DNA of 61,038 nucleotides, counting the filler. It is 4 parts of 4 records of this genome, joined end to end, with 100 filler letters (N's around TTAATTAATTAA, not from the genome) between each part and the next. Parts side by side here need not be neighbours in the genome. Positions count along the whole stretch, not along the records: positions 18,082 to 44,714 come from SRR31156797_13021; positions 44,815 to 55,463 come from SRR31156797_13087; 2 more parts are not named here. One strand, given 5' to 3'. This document shows positions 38,720 through 49,074 of this stretch, piece by piece. The first letter of the stretch is position 1. The number at the start of each line of letters is the position of its first letter. The translations under genes and the position numbers were made by a program. Below the pieces are notes generated by a model, which saw only the letters and a list, made by a program, of their open reading frames with translations, searched no databases and was not told the origin of the DNA.

Positions 38720-38787
38720 ACCACTGCAACATCTGTCGCGTTTCGAACAGCATTTCAAAAATCTAAAACAATAAAGGAGGATCAACA

Positions 38788-39672
38788 ATGAAAAAACCAG
38801 TGTTTTTATTTGCCGCCGTCTTTTTAATCGGCATTCCGGGGTTCGTCAACGCTTCCCAGGGGGTGGCCATTCAAAGGATTATCACCAATGCCCGGTCCGA
38901 ATTGGGTCAACTGGCCGACTCCGGCAAGGCCAGGGAGATCGCCCGGTTGATGCAAAAATTCGATCAACAGTACGGAACCTGGAGCAATTCCTGCGGGGCA
39001 GGAGACGCCTTCGACCCTGAAAGCGCCAGCGATGCCTGCAAGGAAATGGCGTCGCAAATGCGGGAAACGGGAATCTCCCTTTACGGCAAACTTTCCGAAT
39101 ACCTTCCGGACGTGGCGGCCAGATATGAACAGGGCGCCCGGTCGGCCCGAAGGATCGTCGAAATCCGTGCCCTGGACAAAACGCCCGCGGCCCTGTATCG
39201 CGCCAGCATGGACGGAATCGCGGAGGCCCCCAAATTGGGAGGGACCGCTTCCGGAGATGCAGGCAGCCCCTTTGACGTTGAGATGGACGATTTTCCGGAT
39301 CCCACCGACAAGATGTTTACAGTCCTTGAAAAACTGGTGCCGGACTTCGGCAAGGAGCTCCCCCAATCGGTCAGGGCCGGCAATACGCAGATCACCATGA
39401 CAAAGAAGGCCAAACGGGCGCGCTATCTTGCAGAGCGTTTCCGAAAAGCGAAACTTGTTCTGGAATCACAGCGAAATTACGGGGAAATTGTCTTCAACGT
39501 CACAAAGGCCGTCAACGCCATGCCCCAGGTCTTTGGAATTCAGTATACCGGAACGCGGCTCACGGCCAGGCCCAATCAAAAGGTACTGGAATACTACCGT
39601 TCCGGGAAAACCGACGGACCGGCAACGAAAAAGAATAAACGCCCGAGCGGCGGCTTTGAGCCACGCTCATAA
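38788..39672 (+). CDS. Exported hypothetical protein
   Basis: RBS AAGGAGG, signal peptide, one Cys pair, 294 aa. Confidence 0.75.
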   Translation: MKKPVFLFAAVFLIGIPGFVNASQGVAIQRIITNARSELGQLADSGKAREIARLMQKFDQQYGTWSNSCGAGDAFDPESASDACKEMASQMRETGISLYGKLSEYLPDVAARYEQGARSARRIVEIRALDKTPAALYRASMDGIAEAPKLGGTASGDAGSPFDVEMDDFPDPTDKMFTVLEKLVPDFGKELPQSVRAGNTQITMTKKAKRARYLAERFRKAKLVLESQRNYGEIVFNVTKAVNAMPQVFGIQYTGTRLTARPNQKVLEYYRSGKTDGPATKKNKRPSGGFEPRS

Positions 39673-39706
39673 ATCATACATTTACACGGATAAGGAGGAA
39701 GAAGCT

Positions 39707-40282
39707 ATGCGGTATCATGACGGTATATATAAGGTTATCCTTTTGTTGGGATTTCTTTCGGTTGTTCTTTTTACAACAGGGTGCGGCAAAAAGCAGCCTG
39801 TTCACACGGAACCACCATCGCCCGGGCTGACGTCCATACACCAGATTGATTCCTTCGACCCTGAACAGGCCTGTCGCCAGGCCCTGGAAGTTATCAACAA
39901 CAATCCGTACGGACAGGAGTTTTTTGAAAAGACCTTCGCCCGTGTCGTGAACCGGTGCAACAATCATAAGGCGGCGGTCAATGCCGACATTATATGGAAC
40001 CATCTGGTCATCCCCCTGAGACAAAGTGGAAAGGTTCCGCCGGATCTGGCCAAGGCCACCTGGAATTGCTACTTTTCCCGGCAGTTTGTCAGTCTGCCGG
40101 ACATGGGACCGATCACCCATTATTGTAACAGTCTTGCCGACATCAAAAACAGCCTGGAAAAGGAATATCAACTCAAAAAAAGAGGTTTTGAGATCTGTCG
40201 ACAAGGGAGCGTGGAACCGCATTTTCTGAATGCCATGTATGTCTACAATACCATGTGGGCGGCTTGTCACGGCACTGAATGA
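39707..40282 (+). CDS. Cys-rich lipoprotein of unknown function
   Basis: RBS TAAGGAGG before ATG 39707, lipobox FTTGC, six further Cys. Confidence 0.75.
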   Translation: MRYHDGIYKVILLLGFLSVVLFTTGCGKKQPVHTEPPSPGLTSIHQIDSFDPEQACRQALEVINNNPYGQEFFEKTFARVVNRCNNHKAAVNADIIWNHLVIPLRQSGKVPPDLAKATWNCYFSRQFVSLPDMGPITHYCNSLADIKNSLEKEYQLKKRGFEICRQGSVEPHFLNAMYVYNTMWAACHGTE

Positions 40283-40378
40283 AGATCCCACTGAAAATAC
40301 GATAGGAGAAACGCGGGCCTTGCCGCCGCCAATGGAAAGAATGCGGAAATTTGGCCCATTCGGTAATGGAGAAACATT

Positions 40379-41020
40379 ATGAAAACCCTTTTATATTTCG
40401 CCGTGTCCCTGGTTCTCGCTATTGTCCTATGCCTTTTTCTGATGACCACCGGAATTTTGAAGGTAAACCGCGAAAGCCTATGGGCTAACATCGAAACCGT
40501 GAAAAATAGTGCGTTTTCAGTCCTAACGAGGACAGAGAATGTTATACGGAACAAAAACATCAGTGCAAACCAAAGCCGGAAGGTCCCGCTCAAAACCTCT
40601 GCATCGCCTCCAACCGATGATCGGATACTATCCTCAAAACCGGGACCCTATACCGATAGAAACAGGCTCCATGAACGCGCACTTGAATTCTTGTCCGGAA
40701 AACAAGGCCATGTAGATCCTGACGTGGAAGAACAATTCACTGAATTCCTGCTGCAGGAGCTTGCGCTTAACCAGGAGGATGCCGAAAAATTTGTGCGCAT
40801 GTGTTTCTGGAAGAACTTCGTTACCTTGCAGGAACAATGGCAGTCCACGGACGGGGACAGAATGGGTGAGGCGTTCAGACGTGAAAAAGAACTGAAAAAG
40901 GCGGGATTCGCCGCAAAAGGCCTCCGTCTCATGCCGACTGAAATCCAGCATGCCGAAGCTCGCCTGGAAGAGCTCCAAGGCTCATCTTCCCATAGAAAAA
41001 TCCAGGGTGATAAGTCATGA
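40379..41020 (+). CDS. Membrane-anchored hypothetical protein
   Basis: N-terminal TM segment, RBS GGAG, ATGA overlap with the next gene. Confidence 0.7.
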   Translation: MKTLLYFAVSLVLAIVLCLFLMTTGILKVNRESLWANIETVKNSAFSVLTRTENVIRNKNISANQSRKVPLKTSASPPTDDRILSSKPGPYTDRNRLHERALEFLSGKQGHVDPDVEEQFTEFLLQELALNQEDAEKFVRMCFWKNFVTLQEQWQSTDGDRMGEAFRREKELKKAGFAAKGLRLMPTEIQHAEARLEELQGSSSHRKIQGDKS

Positions 41021-41574
41021 AGTCCGTGCTCGGAATCTTCCTGCTTTCTTTGTGCTGGTGTACCCTCTTTCTGATTCTAGGCGTTTTTTCAGGTTGGATC
41101 ACCATATCCGCAAGGGCTCCGTGGCTCATGGATCCTGCCGCCTTTCTCTACAGACATCTGAGATTGTCAACGGTTCCGTTTGGGTGCCTCTTTCTTGTCT
41201 ACGGCTACTTGATATGCAAAGTAAAGCGTTTGCTGAACCGGGAAAACACAACCCTTTCGCAACTCACCTATTATGATCGGTTGCTGAACACCACCATCTC
41301 CACCTTCTTCGGAGTGGGCGTCATCTGGACGGCCATCGGAATGGAAACGGCCTTGATGCAGGCCCTGGGGAGCGTTTCCCAAGGCCGCACGGCAGTGGAA
41401 TCCCTAGGCGCATTGGGGCTTCTGGAGCGGCTTGTCAACGGCGGCCTTTTGCTGGCCTTGAGTACGACGGTCTTCGGCGGGGCATGCGGATATCTGCTCA
41501 GGATATTAAAGATACTATTGCTCGGCGAAGGGTGGGACCGCCTTGTCATTGAGGAGGCGGGAAGAGATGGATAA
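41017..41574 (+). CDS. MotA/TolQ/ExbB-like membrane protein
   Basis: Four hydrophobic segments. FFGVGVIWTAIGM and GGLLLALSTTVFGG parallel the G..GT..GM and G...AL.TT..G motifs of the family. Confidence 0.65.
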   Translation: MKSVLGIFLLSLCWCTLFLILGVFSGWITISARAPWLMDPAAFLYRHLRLSTVPFGCLFLVYGYLICKVKRLLNRENTTLSQLTYYDRLLNTTISTFFGVGVIWTAIGMETALMQALGSVSQGRTAVESLGALGLLERLVNGGLLLALSTTVFGGACGYLLRILKILLLGEGWDRLVIEEAGRDG

Positions 41575-42304
41575 GGTAAGGTTTCTCATTGGAGAGGCGT
41601 CTGGAGAAAACCACGTCCTGGAGACCGACATCATGCGGTTTGTGGCCATCATCGGCATGGTATTATGGATTATCTTTGCCATCGCAAAAAGTATCCCCTT
41701 TCAGGTCCCAAAAACGGATTCGCCCCTCCCAGGCCCACCCAAAAAAGAATACCTTACAACACAACCGCCATTGCCCGTGGTCAAAAAAACGCCTGTCAAG
41801 GAAAAAAAGCAGGGCCCGGCCCCGGAGGATAAAAAGAAAAAGCATAAGCAGACCAAGACTCCGGGAATCGAGCAAAGACCGCCTAAAGGGATCCACATTC
41901 AGTTTGGCGCTCTTGAGGACCTGCTGGAATTGATGGCCGGGCGCAAGGTGCGTATTTTCTGCCGTGCCCGGGCCACGGGATTTGATCTCCTTTTTGAGGG
42001 CCTCGCTCTTGGAGGGTCAGTAACTTTCCATAGCACGAAAGACCTTCCAAGCAAATTATGGGAAATCAAAAGCGGCAAAGACCATGCCTATTTTCTTGGT
42101 TTGGTCACAAACGCATATCCAGTCATCAGGACTTTTCCCCTGAAGCAGGTTTTGTTGGCCTTCACGGACAAAGCTTTGGAGGAAAGTGTAGAGAAAACTC
42201 TCGCCAGTCTCAGAAAGGACGGGAAGGAAGGGATCATTTCAATCGGCAGAAGGGGAAGAATTTCCTACCAAAGCCAAGGCGGTAAAACCGAAAAATTTGA
42301 ATAA
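41567..42304 (+). CDS. Single-TM partner with intramembrane Asp (MotB/TolR/ExbD-like N-terminus)
   Basis: LETDIMRFVAIIGMVLWIIF, then a Pro/Lys-rich linker and an unknown periplasmic domain. ATG 41567 after GAGGAGG overlaps the previous gene. Confidence 0.55.
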   Translation: MDKVRFLIGEASGENHVLETDIMRFVAIIGMVLWIIFAIAKSIPFQVPKTDSPLPGPPKKEYLTTQPPLPVVKKTPVKEKKQGPAPEDKKKKHKQTKTPGIEQRPPKGIHIQFGALEDLLELMAGRKVRIFCRARATGFDLLFEGLALGGSVTFHSTKDLPSKLWEIKSGKDHAYFLGLVTNAYPVIRTFPLKQVLLAFTDKALEESVEKTLASLRKDGKEGIISIGRRGRISYQSQGGKTEKFE

Positions 42305-42422
42305 AACGTCTTTTCAAACGTCTATCTTTACCGGAAGATGCACAAATGTTCAATTTCCAAACGGAAGGGTAGGAAACCCAAGCTTCCGGTCTTTGAACCA
42401 CCAAAAAATAGGAGAAAGCCAA

Positions 42423-43244
42423 ATGAAACATAAAATTTTTTTAAGGCATTTGCTTTTGCCGGTTTTCCTTCTGCTTGTTTTTTCCGGATCCAAAACCGTG
42501 TCCGCAGCCCTTGGGCCTGATCCGGCGATTCGAGCGGAGCTCAAAAAGGTGTTTGAACAAGCGCCCCAGGTGGGAGGATACCCCTATCTGAACCTGATAG
42601 AAACCGCCGCAAAGCTCTACGGATTGCCGGTTCCCTTTATCCTTGCCGTCGTTCGGGGCGAGTCGTTTTTTGACCCCAAGGCAATCAGCGTAAAAGGCGC
42701 CATTGGGCTCATGCAGGTCATGCCGACCACCGCCTCTGGTTACGGAGTGGCATCGGAACGGCTTATGGATCCCGCCGTTAATATCGATGTGGGAGTCCAT
42801 TATCTGTCGGATCTGTATCGGCAACTGGAGGATCCCTACCTGACACTGGCGGCCTATTACTGCGGGCCGGGCCCCGTAAACAAGGCAAATTTCACCCTTC
42901 GCAGCGATTGCGATGAGTATGTACGCTATATCCATTCTCATCTTCAAAAGATCCTTTCCGGCGCCGAAGCCGGGGTCCCGAAGCCTGAAAAGAAATTCCG
43001 CCATTTTGTAATTGCCGGGTTCGACAGCTTCCTGGACGCGGAGAATTTTTCAGCATATCTGTCTAAAAAGATGCCCCGAACACAGTTGGACCTGTTCCGG
43101 CGTGAAGTCGTTCATCCTGATCACGTCCGTTTTGAATACCAGATTCTGGCAGGGTACGGAAAAGATGAAGATACGGAACAAATCTGCAACCATATACAAA
43201 GGGTCACGGGATTTTCACTGTGCAATGGAAAACAAACCCATTGA
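42423..43244 (+). CDS. Exported lytic transglycosylase (SLT domain) with small C-terminal domain
   Basis: AVVRGESFFDPKAISVKGAIGLMQVMP, NIDVGVHYL, LAAYYCGPG, signal peptide. Start ATG 42423 after AGGAG. Confidence 0.88.
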   Translation: MKHKIFLRHLLLPVFLLLVFSGSKTVSAALGPDPAIRAELKKVFEQAPQVGGYPYLNLIETAAKLYGLPVPFILAVVRGESFFDPKAISVKGAIGLMQVMPTTASGYGVASERLMDPAVNIDVGVHYLSDLYRQLEDPYLTLAAYYCGPGPVNKANFTLRSDCDEYVRYIHSHLQKILSGAEAGVPKPEKKFRHFVIAGFDSFLDAENFSAYLSKKMPRTQLDLFRREVVHPDHVRFEYQILAGYGKDEDTEQICNHIQRVTGFSLCNGKQTH

Positions 43245-43330
43245 ATCCATTTGGGCCGCAATATGTTCTTTCATGGCGCCACTTGAAACGGATGGATGCA
43301 CATGGAAACGCAATCAACCGGGGAGGAAAA

Positions 43331-44714
43331 ATGAAGACAATATCCGCTCTTTTTCTTGCCGCAATACTGGCGCTGACGGTTTCGTCATGCGCGGGCGTAA
43401 AAACGCATAAAATGCCGGCGACCGCCCGAACCTTGCCGGAGACGGTTCCGGAGAGCTTCCATTTCAGGGTGAACGACCCTGAAACATGCGGGTATCTCAA
43501 TGGGGTTGACCCTGATGCGCTCCCGGCTGATCAGCGTCTTGAAGTCGTCCTCCTCCGGGAATTGGCGGCCGTTTCATCGGAAAATGAGACCGCCGGGTCT
43601 TTTGACCGTCTCTGGAACGATCATGAGGAGCTGAGAAACCTTGTTCGAAACCCCCATAAAAGAAGGGAATTCGTCCAACCAATGGCCATCGCCTATTATC
43701 TTCTTTCCACGGCGCCGGCCTCTTCCTGGCAGGCGGAAACCGCGGAACGGCTCTATCGGGAAGGTCTTGCTCAGGCAACCCCGGCCCAGGTAAAGGGGTA
43801 TGGGCTTCACTTCTATACGTTGGCGCTGTTGAAGAAGGGCAAGTTCGATGAAGCGCTCCCTTTGCTTCATAATCTTAAATATTTTACCAGTCCCGAAATA
43901 TATCTTCAAGACCTTACAACAGCCCTGGATTATGCACTGAACAGCCGTGCGGCCAAACCGGCATGCGGCATCATGGCTTCCATCTGCGAAAACGGGATTC
44001 AACACAATCTTGAAATACCGGACAACAGGCTGGAGAAGGCCATCATGACCCTTAAGGCAATGGGAGCCCTCAGAACGGCGCGGGAGGAGTTGGCGCCCTT
44101 GGTTCGAGACAATCCCGGATTGCAGCGTTATTCGTTCGTTCAAATGTTTATTCAAACACCGGAAGGCTTTCATAAGCAACCGTCCAAAAAAGAAGAAAAT
44201 GGTAATCTCGCTCGAATCAAAACTCAGGACAGACCATTGAAACCTTCAAAACAGACATTCCATAAACAGGTGACCATTGCCCGCAATCAGCGGGAGACCG
44301 CCAGGGGCGTGCGGGTGGAAATCCAGGTGATCAGCGCCTGCCGCGGCCCGGATTATGTGGATCCTTTACTGTTAGATGCCGTCAAGGCCCTAAAAGAAAC
44401 GGTTCATTTTTCCAGTTTCAGATTAATAGCCGAGAAGCTTTTGGAAATTCCCTTTGGCGAAGAGAAAAAAATGACCATATCCAAAAAAAGGAAATTAAAA
44501 ATAATGCCCCGCTATTCAACCGGAAGATCCTGCCGGATTCAATTAGTGATAGAGGAAAACGGAAAACAGACTTTCTCGACCGTTCTGGAGACCGTAGACG
44601 GGGGTACCGCCATTATCGGAGGGGCCGTGGATGATGGACGGATGCTGCTGTTGCGGTTAAGGAACTTCATCTTGCCGTATATCCGGTCCCCTGAAAAATT
44701 AAAAATCACATCAA
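43331..44714 (+). CDS. Lipoprotein with TPR-like helical region and a C-terminal domain shared with 37627-38091 (3'-partial)
   Basis: GGGAGG-ATG 43331, lipobox VSSC. No stop before the contig end. Confidence 0.7.
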
Positions 44715-44814
44715 NNNNNNNNNNNNNNNNNNNNNNNNNNNNNNNNNNNNNNNNNNNNTTAATTAATTAANNNNNNNNNNNNNNNNNNNNNNNNNNNNNN
44801 NNNNNNNNNNNNNN
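44715..44814. other. Artificial contig linker
   Basis: N44-TTAATTAATTAA-N44. Confidence 0.98.
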
Positions 44815-44816
44815 AA

Positions 44817-46145
44817 TTGTTCAATTTGGAAACAGAACCGCTTTTAATTTTAGCCGCAACTGGCTCTTGGAACATTCAGCTACATCCAGTAACCTTTGGA
44901 ATTATAATTTCTATTGTAACTGTATTATTGCTTTTGTTAAGCTCAGCCTTAATTAGTGGATCAGAAGTAGCTTATTTTTCTCTATCCGCTTCTGATAAGG
45001 AAAGTTTAAAGGAAAAAGGAAAAACCAATGAACGGGTTCTACAACACCTGAATAATCCTGAAAAATTACTGGCAACTATACTGGTTGCCAATAATTTTGT
45101 AAATGTTGGCATTATTATACTCACTGCATTCATTACCAATAACCTGATTTCTTTTGCTGATGCTCCTGCCCTGGAGTTTATTTTCCAGGTAGTTTTAATT
45201 ACTTTCTTTCTTCTACTGTTTGGCGAGATTTTCCCAAAAGTTTATGCTACTCATTTTGCTTTACGTTTTGCCCGTTTTATGGCTTTGCCGCTACATACAC
45301 TTGAAAGTATATTCCGCCCGGTTAATGCCATTCTTATTTATTCCACCGGTTTTGTGAACCGCCGTTTGCAAAAACACCGGAAAAACATATCAATGGATGA
45401 AATATCACAGGCTCTTGAACTTACATCAGACCAGGAACTTTCGGAAGAAAAGGACATACTCGAAGGCATTGTAAAGTTTGGGAATAAAGACGTAAGCGAA
45501 ATTATGACACCACGGGTTGATGTGGTTGCCCTGGATACAAAAACAAGTTTTAAAGATGTTCTTCAGGTGATCAACGACTCGGGTTACTCACGTATACCGG
45601 TTTACATCGATTCTTTTGACAATATTGCCGGAATCCTATACATCAAGGATATCCTTCAGCATAGCCATAAGGCCAACTCATTTAAATGGCAAACACTTAT
45701 ACGCCCGCCATTTTATATCCCCGATACAAAAAAGATACGGTCATTGCTTGAAGAATTCCAGAAAACCAAAGTACACCTTGCCATCGTTGTTGACGAATAT
45801 GGAGGAACATCGGGTATTGTAACACTTGAAGACATTTTAGAAGAGATTGTTGGTGATATTACTGATGAATTTGATGCAGAAGAGAATTTCTTTTCAAAAA
45901 CTGCCGACAACACCTACATCTTCGATGCCAAGGTTTTACTCGGCGATTTCTACAAAGTTGTAAATTGCGACGATACTGTATTTGATGACATAAAGGGAGA
46001 CGCCGACACACTTGCCGGGCTGATACTTGAAATAAAAGGGGAAATACCTACGTTAAAAGAAGAAGTAAAATGCAAACATTTTACATTTACCATTAATGAG
46101 GTTGATAACCGTAGAATTAAACAAATCAAGGTGGTTGTAAATTAA
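44817..46145 (+). CDS. gldE: Gliding motility-associated protein GldE (CNNM/CBS/CorC domains)
   Basis: SGSEVAYFSL, LATILVANNFVN, GEIFPK, CBS pair GYSRIPVY and VVDEYGGTSG. Adjacent to gldD. Confidence 0.88.
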   Translation: MFNLETEPLLILAATGSWNIQLHPVTFGIIISIVTVLLLLLSSALISGSEVAYFSLSASDKESLKEKGKTNERVLQHLNNPEKLLATILVANNFVNVGIIILTAFITNNLISFADAPALEFIFQVVLITFFLLLFGEIFPKVYATHFALRFARFMALPLHTLESIFRPVNAILIYSTGFVNRRLQKHRKNISMDEISQALELTSDQELSEEKDILEGIVKFGNKDVSEIMTPRVDVVALDTKTSFKDVLQVINDSGYSRIPVYIDSFDNIAGILYIKDILQHSHKANSFKWQTLIRPPFYIPDTKKIRSLLEEFQKTKVHLAIVVDEYGGTSGIVTLEDILEEIVGDITDEFDAEENFFSKTADNTYIFDAKVLLGDFYKVVNCDDTVFDDIKGDADTLAGLILEIKGEIPTLKEEVKCKHFTFTINEVDNRRIKQIKVVVN

Positions 46146-46257
46146 TTCTCTGGCAGGGTAATTCCCCATTAAATAAATAAGAATATTTTTAAAAAGGAGA
46201 ATGATTACATTTTCTGAACTCAAGAGATTCCTTTAGAAAAAAACAAATTTTTAACAA

Positions 46258-46842
46258 ATGAGATTCAACTACTTACTCATTGTATTAATAATTTTGGTTG
46301 GTTGCAGCGAAAACTACACTCCTAAACCCAGGGGATTCTTCCGTATCGAATTCCCTGATAAAGATTATTCGCAATTGGAAGATTCGTACCCCTATTCCTT
46401 TGAAATACCCAACTATTCTGAAATACAAAAAGACCAAAGAAACAGGAACGAACCCTACTGGATAAATGTTGCTGTACCGGAGCATAATGTTGAGGTTCAT
46501 TTTTCTTATTACGACTTAAAATCAGGGGAACAAACACCTCGAGAACTACTCATTGAATTAATGGAAGAAACACGGTCTCTGGCCTACAAACACTCGATAA
46601 AGGCTGATGCAATAAACGAACAGGTTTTTATGAATCCGGGCAGAAAAGTATATGGCACCATCTATAAAATCGAGGGCAATGCGGCCTCACCAATGCAATT
46701 CTTTTTGACCGACAGCACAAAACATTTTTTGCGTGGCGCTTTTTATATCCGGGAAGTTCCGAATATTGATTCGCTAAAACCTGTTATTAATTTTTACGAG
46801 CCTGATATTATTCGAATAATTGAAACAACAAGCTGGAACTAA
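46258..46842 (+). CDS. gldD: Gliding motility lipoprotein GldD
   Basis: Lipobox LVGC, PKPRGFFRI, KH.IKADAI, GNAASPMQFFLTDSTKHFLRGA. Confidence 0.92.
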   Translation: MRFNYLLIVLIILVGCSENYTPKPRGFFRIEFPDKDYSQLEDSYPYSFEIPNYSEIQKDQRNRNEPYWINVAVPEHNVEVHFSYYDLKSGEQTPRELLIELMEETRSLAYKHSIKADAINEQVFMNPGRKVYGTIYKIEGNAASPMQFFLTDSTKHFLRGAFYIREVPNIDSLKPVINFYEPDIIRIIETTSWN

Positions 46843-47477
46843 TGCCCCTGGTTGATAAAATAGAAAATGAATATGGACTAATAGGCGTTTGGGAACTCAA
46901 AGAGTCGACTGACGAGCTACTTCGAAAGTATAAATTCCATCAGGAAGACCTTGAACGTTTAGAAACATTAAAACATGAAAAGCGTCGGAAAGAGTTTCTT
47001 GCTGCACGGGTATTAATCCAGTTACTTTTGCCTGATAATTCGGGCATCGAATACCAACCCAAAACAGGTAAACCATTTCTAAAAAACTCCGATTTGCATG
47101 TTAGCATTTCACATTCTGCAGATTTTGCCTGTGTTTTTATTTCTAAAAAAATAATTGGAGTTGACATTGAACAAACAAACCGAAACGTAGATCGAATTGC
47201 CAAACGTTTTTTGCACCCGACAGAAATTGAATTTATTGCCACATTAAAAAATCAGCAATATGCCAGGATAATGATCTGGGCGGCCAAAGAAGCTATTTTT
47301 AAAAGCACTAAAGAACAAGGAATCTTGTTCAATAAACAAATCATAATCGATCCTCTCCATCAAAACAACAGGAATGTATTTACCGGACAACTAAGAATAA
47401 AAAAGCAAATAATAAAATACCAACTCTATTACAGAGACTACTCAAACAATGTACTGGTATATTGTGTTAAGCTATAA
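46842..47477 (+). CDS. 4'-phosphopantetheinyl transferase family protein
   Basis: GKPFL, SISHS, GVDIE, WAAKEAIFK. Confidence 0.88.
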   Translation: MPLVDKIENEYGLIGVWELKESTDELLRKYKFHQEDLERLETLKHEKRRKEFLAARVLIQLLLPDNSGIEYQPKTGKPFLKNSDLHVSISHSADFACVFISKKIIGVDIEQTNRNVDRIAKRFLHPTEIEFIATLKNQQYARIMIWAAKEAIFKSTKEQGILFNKQIIIDPLHQNNRNVFTGQLRIKKQIIKYQLYYRDYSNNVLVYCVKL

Positions 47478-47544
47478 AATATACAGGGGGACAAAATAAC
47501 TGTGTCTTCCATTATCAATACTAACTCTTATTAGCGAAAACCAT

Positions 47545-49038
47545 ATGAAAAAAGCAGAAGATCAAATCTTAATCATTTTCGGGGCTTCCGGAGATTTGAC
47601 AAAACGCAAACTTATTCCTGCACTTTTTGACCTCTACCAACAAAACTTACTTCCCGATAAGTTTGCAGTTCTTGGAGCCTCCCGCTCTGCCCTTTCCGAT
47701 GAAGACTTCAGAAACAGGGCCAATGATTTCTTGCCAAAAGATGAAAAACTTGATCGTTTCAGAAAAATGCTTTTCTATGAACCAATACAAAACAATTCTG
47801 CTGAAGATTTTGCACCTCTAAAAAATCGTCTAAATCAACTGTCTACCGATCTTGAAATAGAACCAAACTACATTTTTTACCTTTCAACACCTCCTGCGCT
47901 ATATCCTGTTATTCCAAAATTATTGCATGAGAATGGACTCACAAAATCCGAATCTTATTTCAGGCGGTTAATCGTTGAAAAACCCTTTGGTACAGATCTA
48001 AGCTCAGCCCAGGATCTAAACATACAACTACTTAACTATTTTACAGAAGAACAAATTTACCGCATCGATCACTACCTTGGAAAAGAGACCGTACAAAACA
48101 TGCTGGTTACCCGTTTTTCTAACGGTATATTTGAGCCATTGTGGAACAGGAGGTATATTGAACGCGTTGAAATTTCTTCGGCAGAAAGCCTGGGAGTGGA
48201 AGGAAGAGGTGGTTATTACGACCACTCCGGGGCAATGCGCGATATGCTCCAGAATCACCTTTTACAGGTTGCAGGATTTGTTGCCATGGAACCTCCGGTT
48301 GTGGTTGAGGCCAATGCCATTCGTAATGAGATACTGAAGGTATTTCAGTCCATTAAACCCATTCAGGAAAATGAGGTTCCCAGGTATGTTATTCGTGGAC
48401 AGTATACGGCATCAAACATTAGAGGAAAAAAGGTAGTTGGTTACCGGGAAGAACCGGGAGTTGCAAAATTTTCAAGAACAGAAACCTTTGTTGCGTTGAA
48501 GTTCTTTATCGATAACTGGCGCTGGGCAGGTGTTCCATTTTATATTCGGACAGGAAAAAAACTTCCAACCCGGGTTACCGAGATTGTCATTCATTTTAGA
48601 AAAGTACCTCATCATTTATTTGGAAATCAAGGACAACACAACAACAATCAATTGATCATTCGTATTCAACCAGACGAAGGAATTTTGTTAAAATTTGGCA
48701 TGAAAACTCCAGGAGCTGGTTTTAAAGTGCAAACTGTTAATATGGACTTTCACTACTCTGATTTGGCCGACAAAAAAGTTCCTGCAGCCTATGCCCGACT
48801 GCTTCTAGACAGTATGCAGGGCGATGCCACTTTATATGCACGCGGTGATGCTGTTGAGGCTGCCTGGAAATTTGTACAACCAATTATTAACGCCTGGGAG
48901 ACCAATCCTGAAATTCCGATATATGGCTATCCGGCCGGATCATGGGGGCCTGAAGACTCTGACAAGCTGATTTCCAATGGCCAATGGCGCTATCCCTGTA
49001 AAAATTTAACTAACGATGGTTTGTATTGTGAATTATAA
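47545..49038 (+). CDS. zwf: Glucose-6-phosphate 1-dehydrogenase
   Basis: GASGDLTKRKL, EKPFG, RIDHYLGKE, RDMLQNH. Confidence 0.97.
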   Translation: MKKAEDQILIIFGASGDLTKRKLIPALFDLYQQNLLPDKFAVLGASRSALSDEDFRNRANDFLPKDEKLDRFRKMLFYEPIQNNSAEDFAPLKNRLNQLSTDLEIEPNYIFYLSTPPALYPVIPKLLHENGLTKSESYFRRLIVEKPFGTDLSSAQDLNIQLLNYFTEEQIYRIDHYLGKETVQNMLVTRFSNGIFEPLWNRRYIERVEISSAESLGVEGRGGYYDHSGAMRDMLQNHLLQVAGFVAMEPPVVVEANAIRNEILKVFQSIKPIQENEVPRYVIRGQYTASNIRGKKVVGYREEPGVAKFSRTETFVALKFFIDNWRWAGVPFYIRTGKKLPTRVTEIVIHFRKVPHHLFGNQGQHNNNQLIIRIQPDEGILLKFGMKTPGAGFKVQTVNMDFHYSDLADKKVPAAYARLLLDSMQGDATLYARGDAVEAAWKFVQPIINAWETNPEIPIYGYPAGSWGPEDSDKLISNGQWRYPCKNLTNDGLYCEL

Positions 49039-49074
49039 TCTCTATTTTGGTTGAACGCATTAAACTACAGCTAT

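Noticed and set aside
41017-42304. Zorya ZorAB
   Set aside because: The A-like protein has no long cytoplasmic tail, the B-like protein has no OmpA motif, and ZorC/D/E are absent from this cluster.
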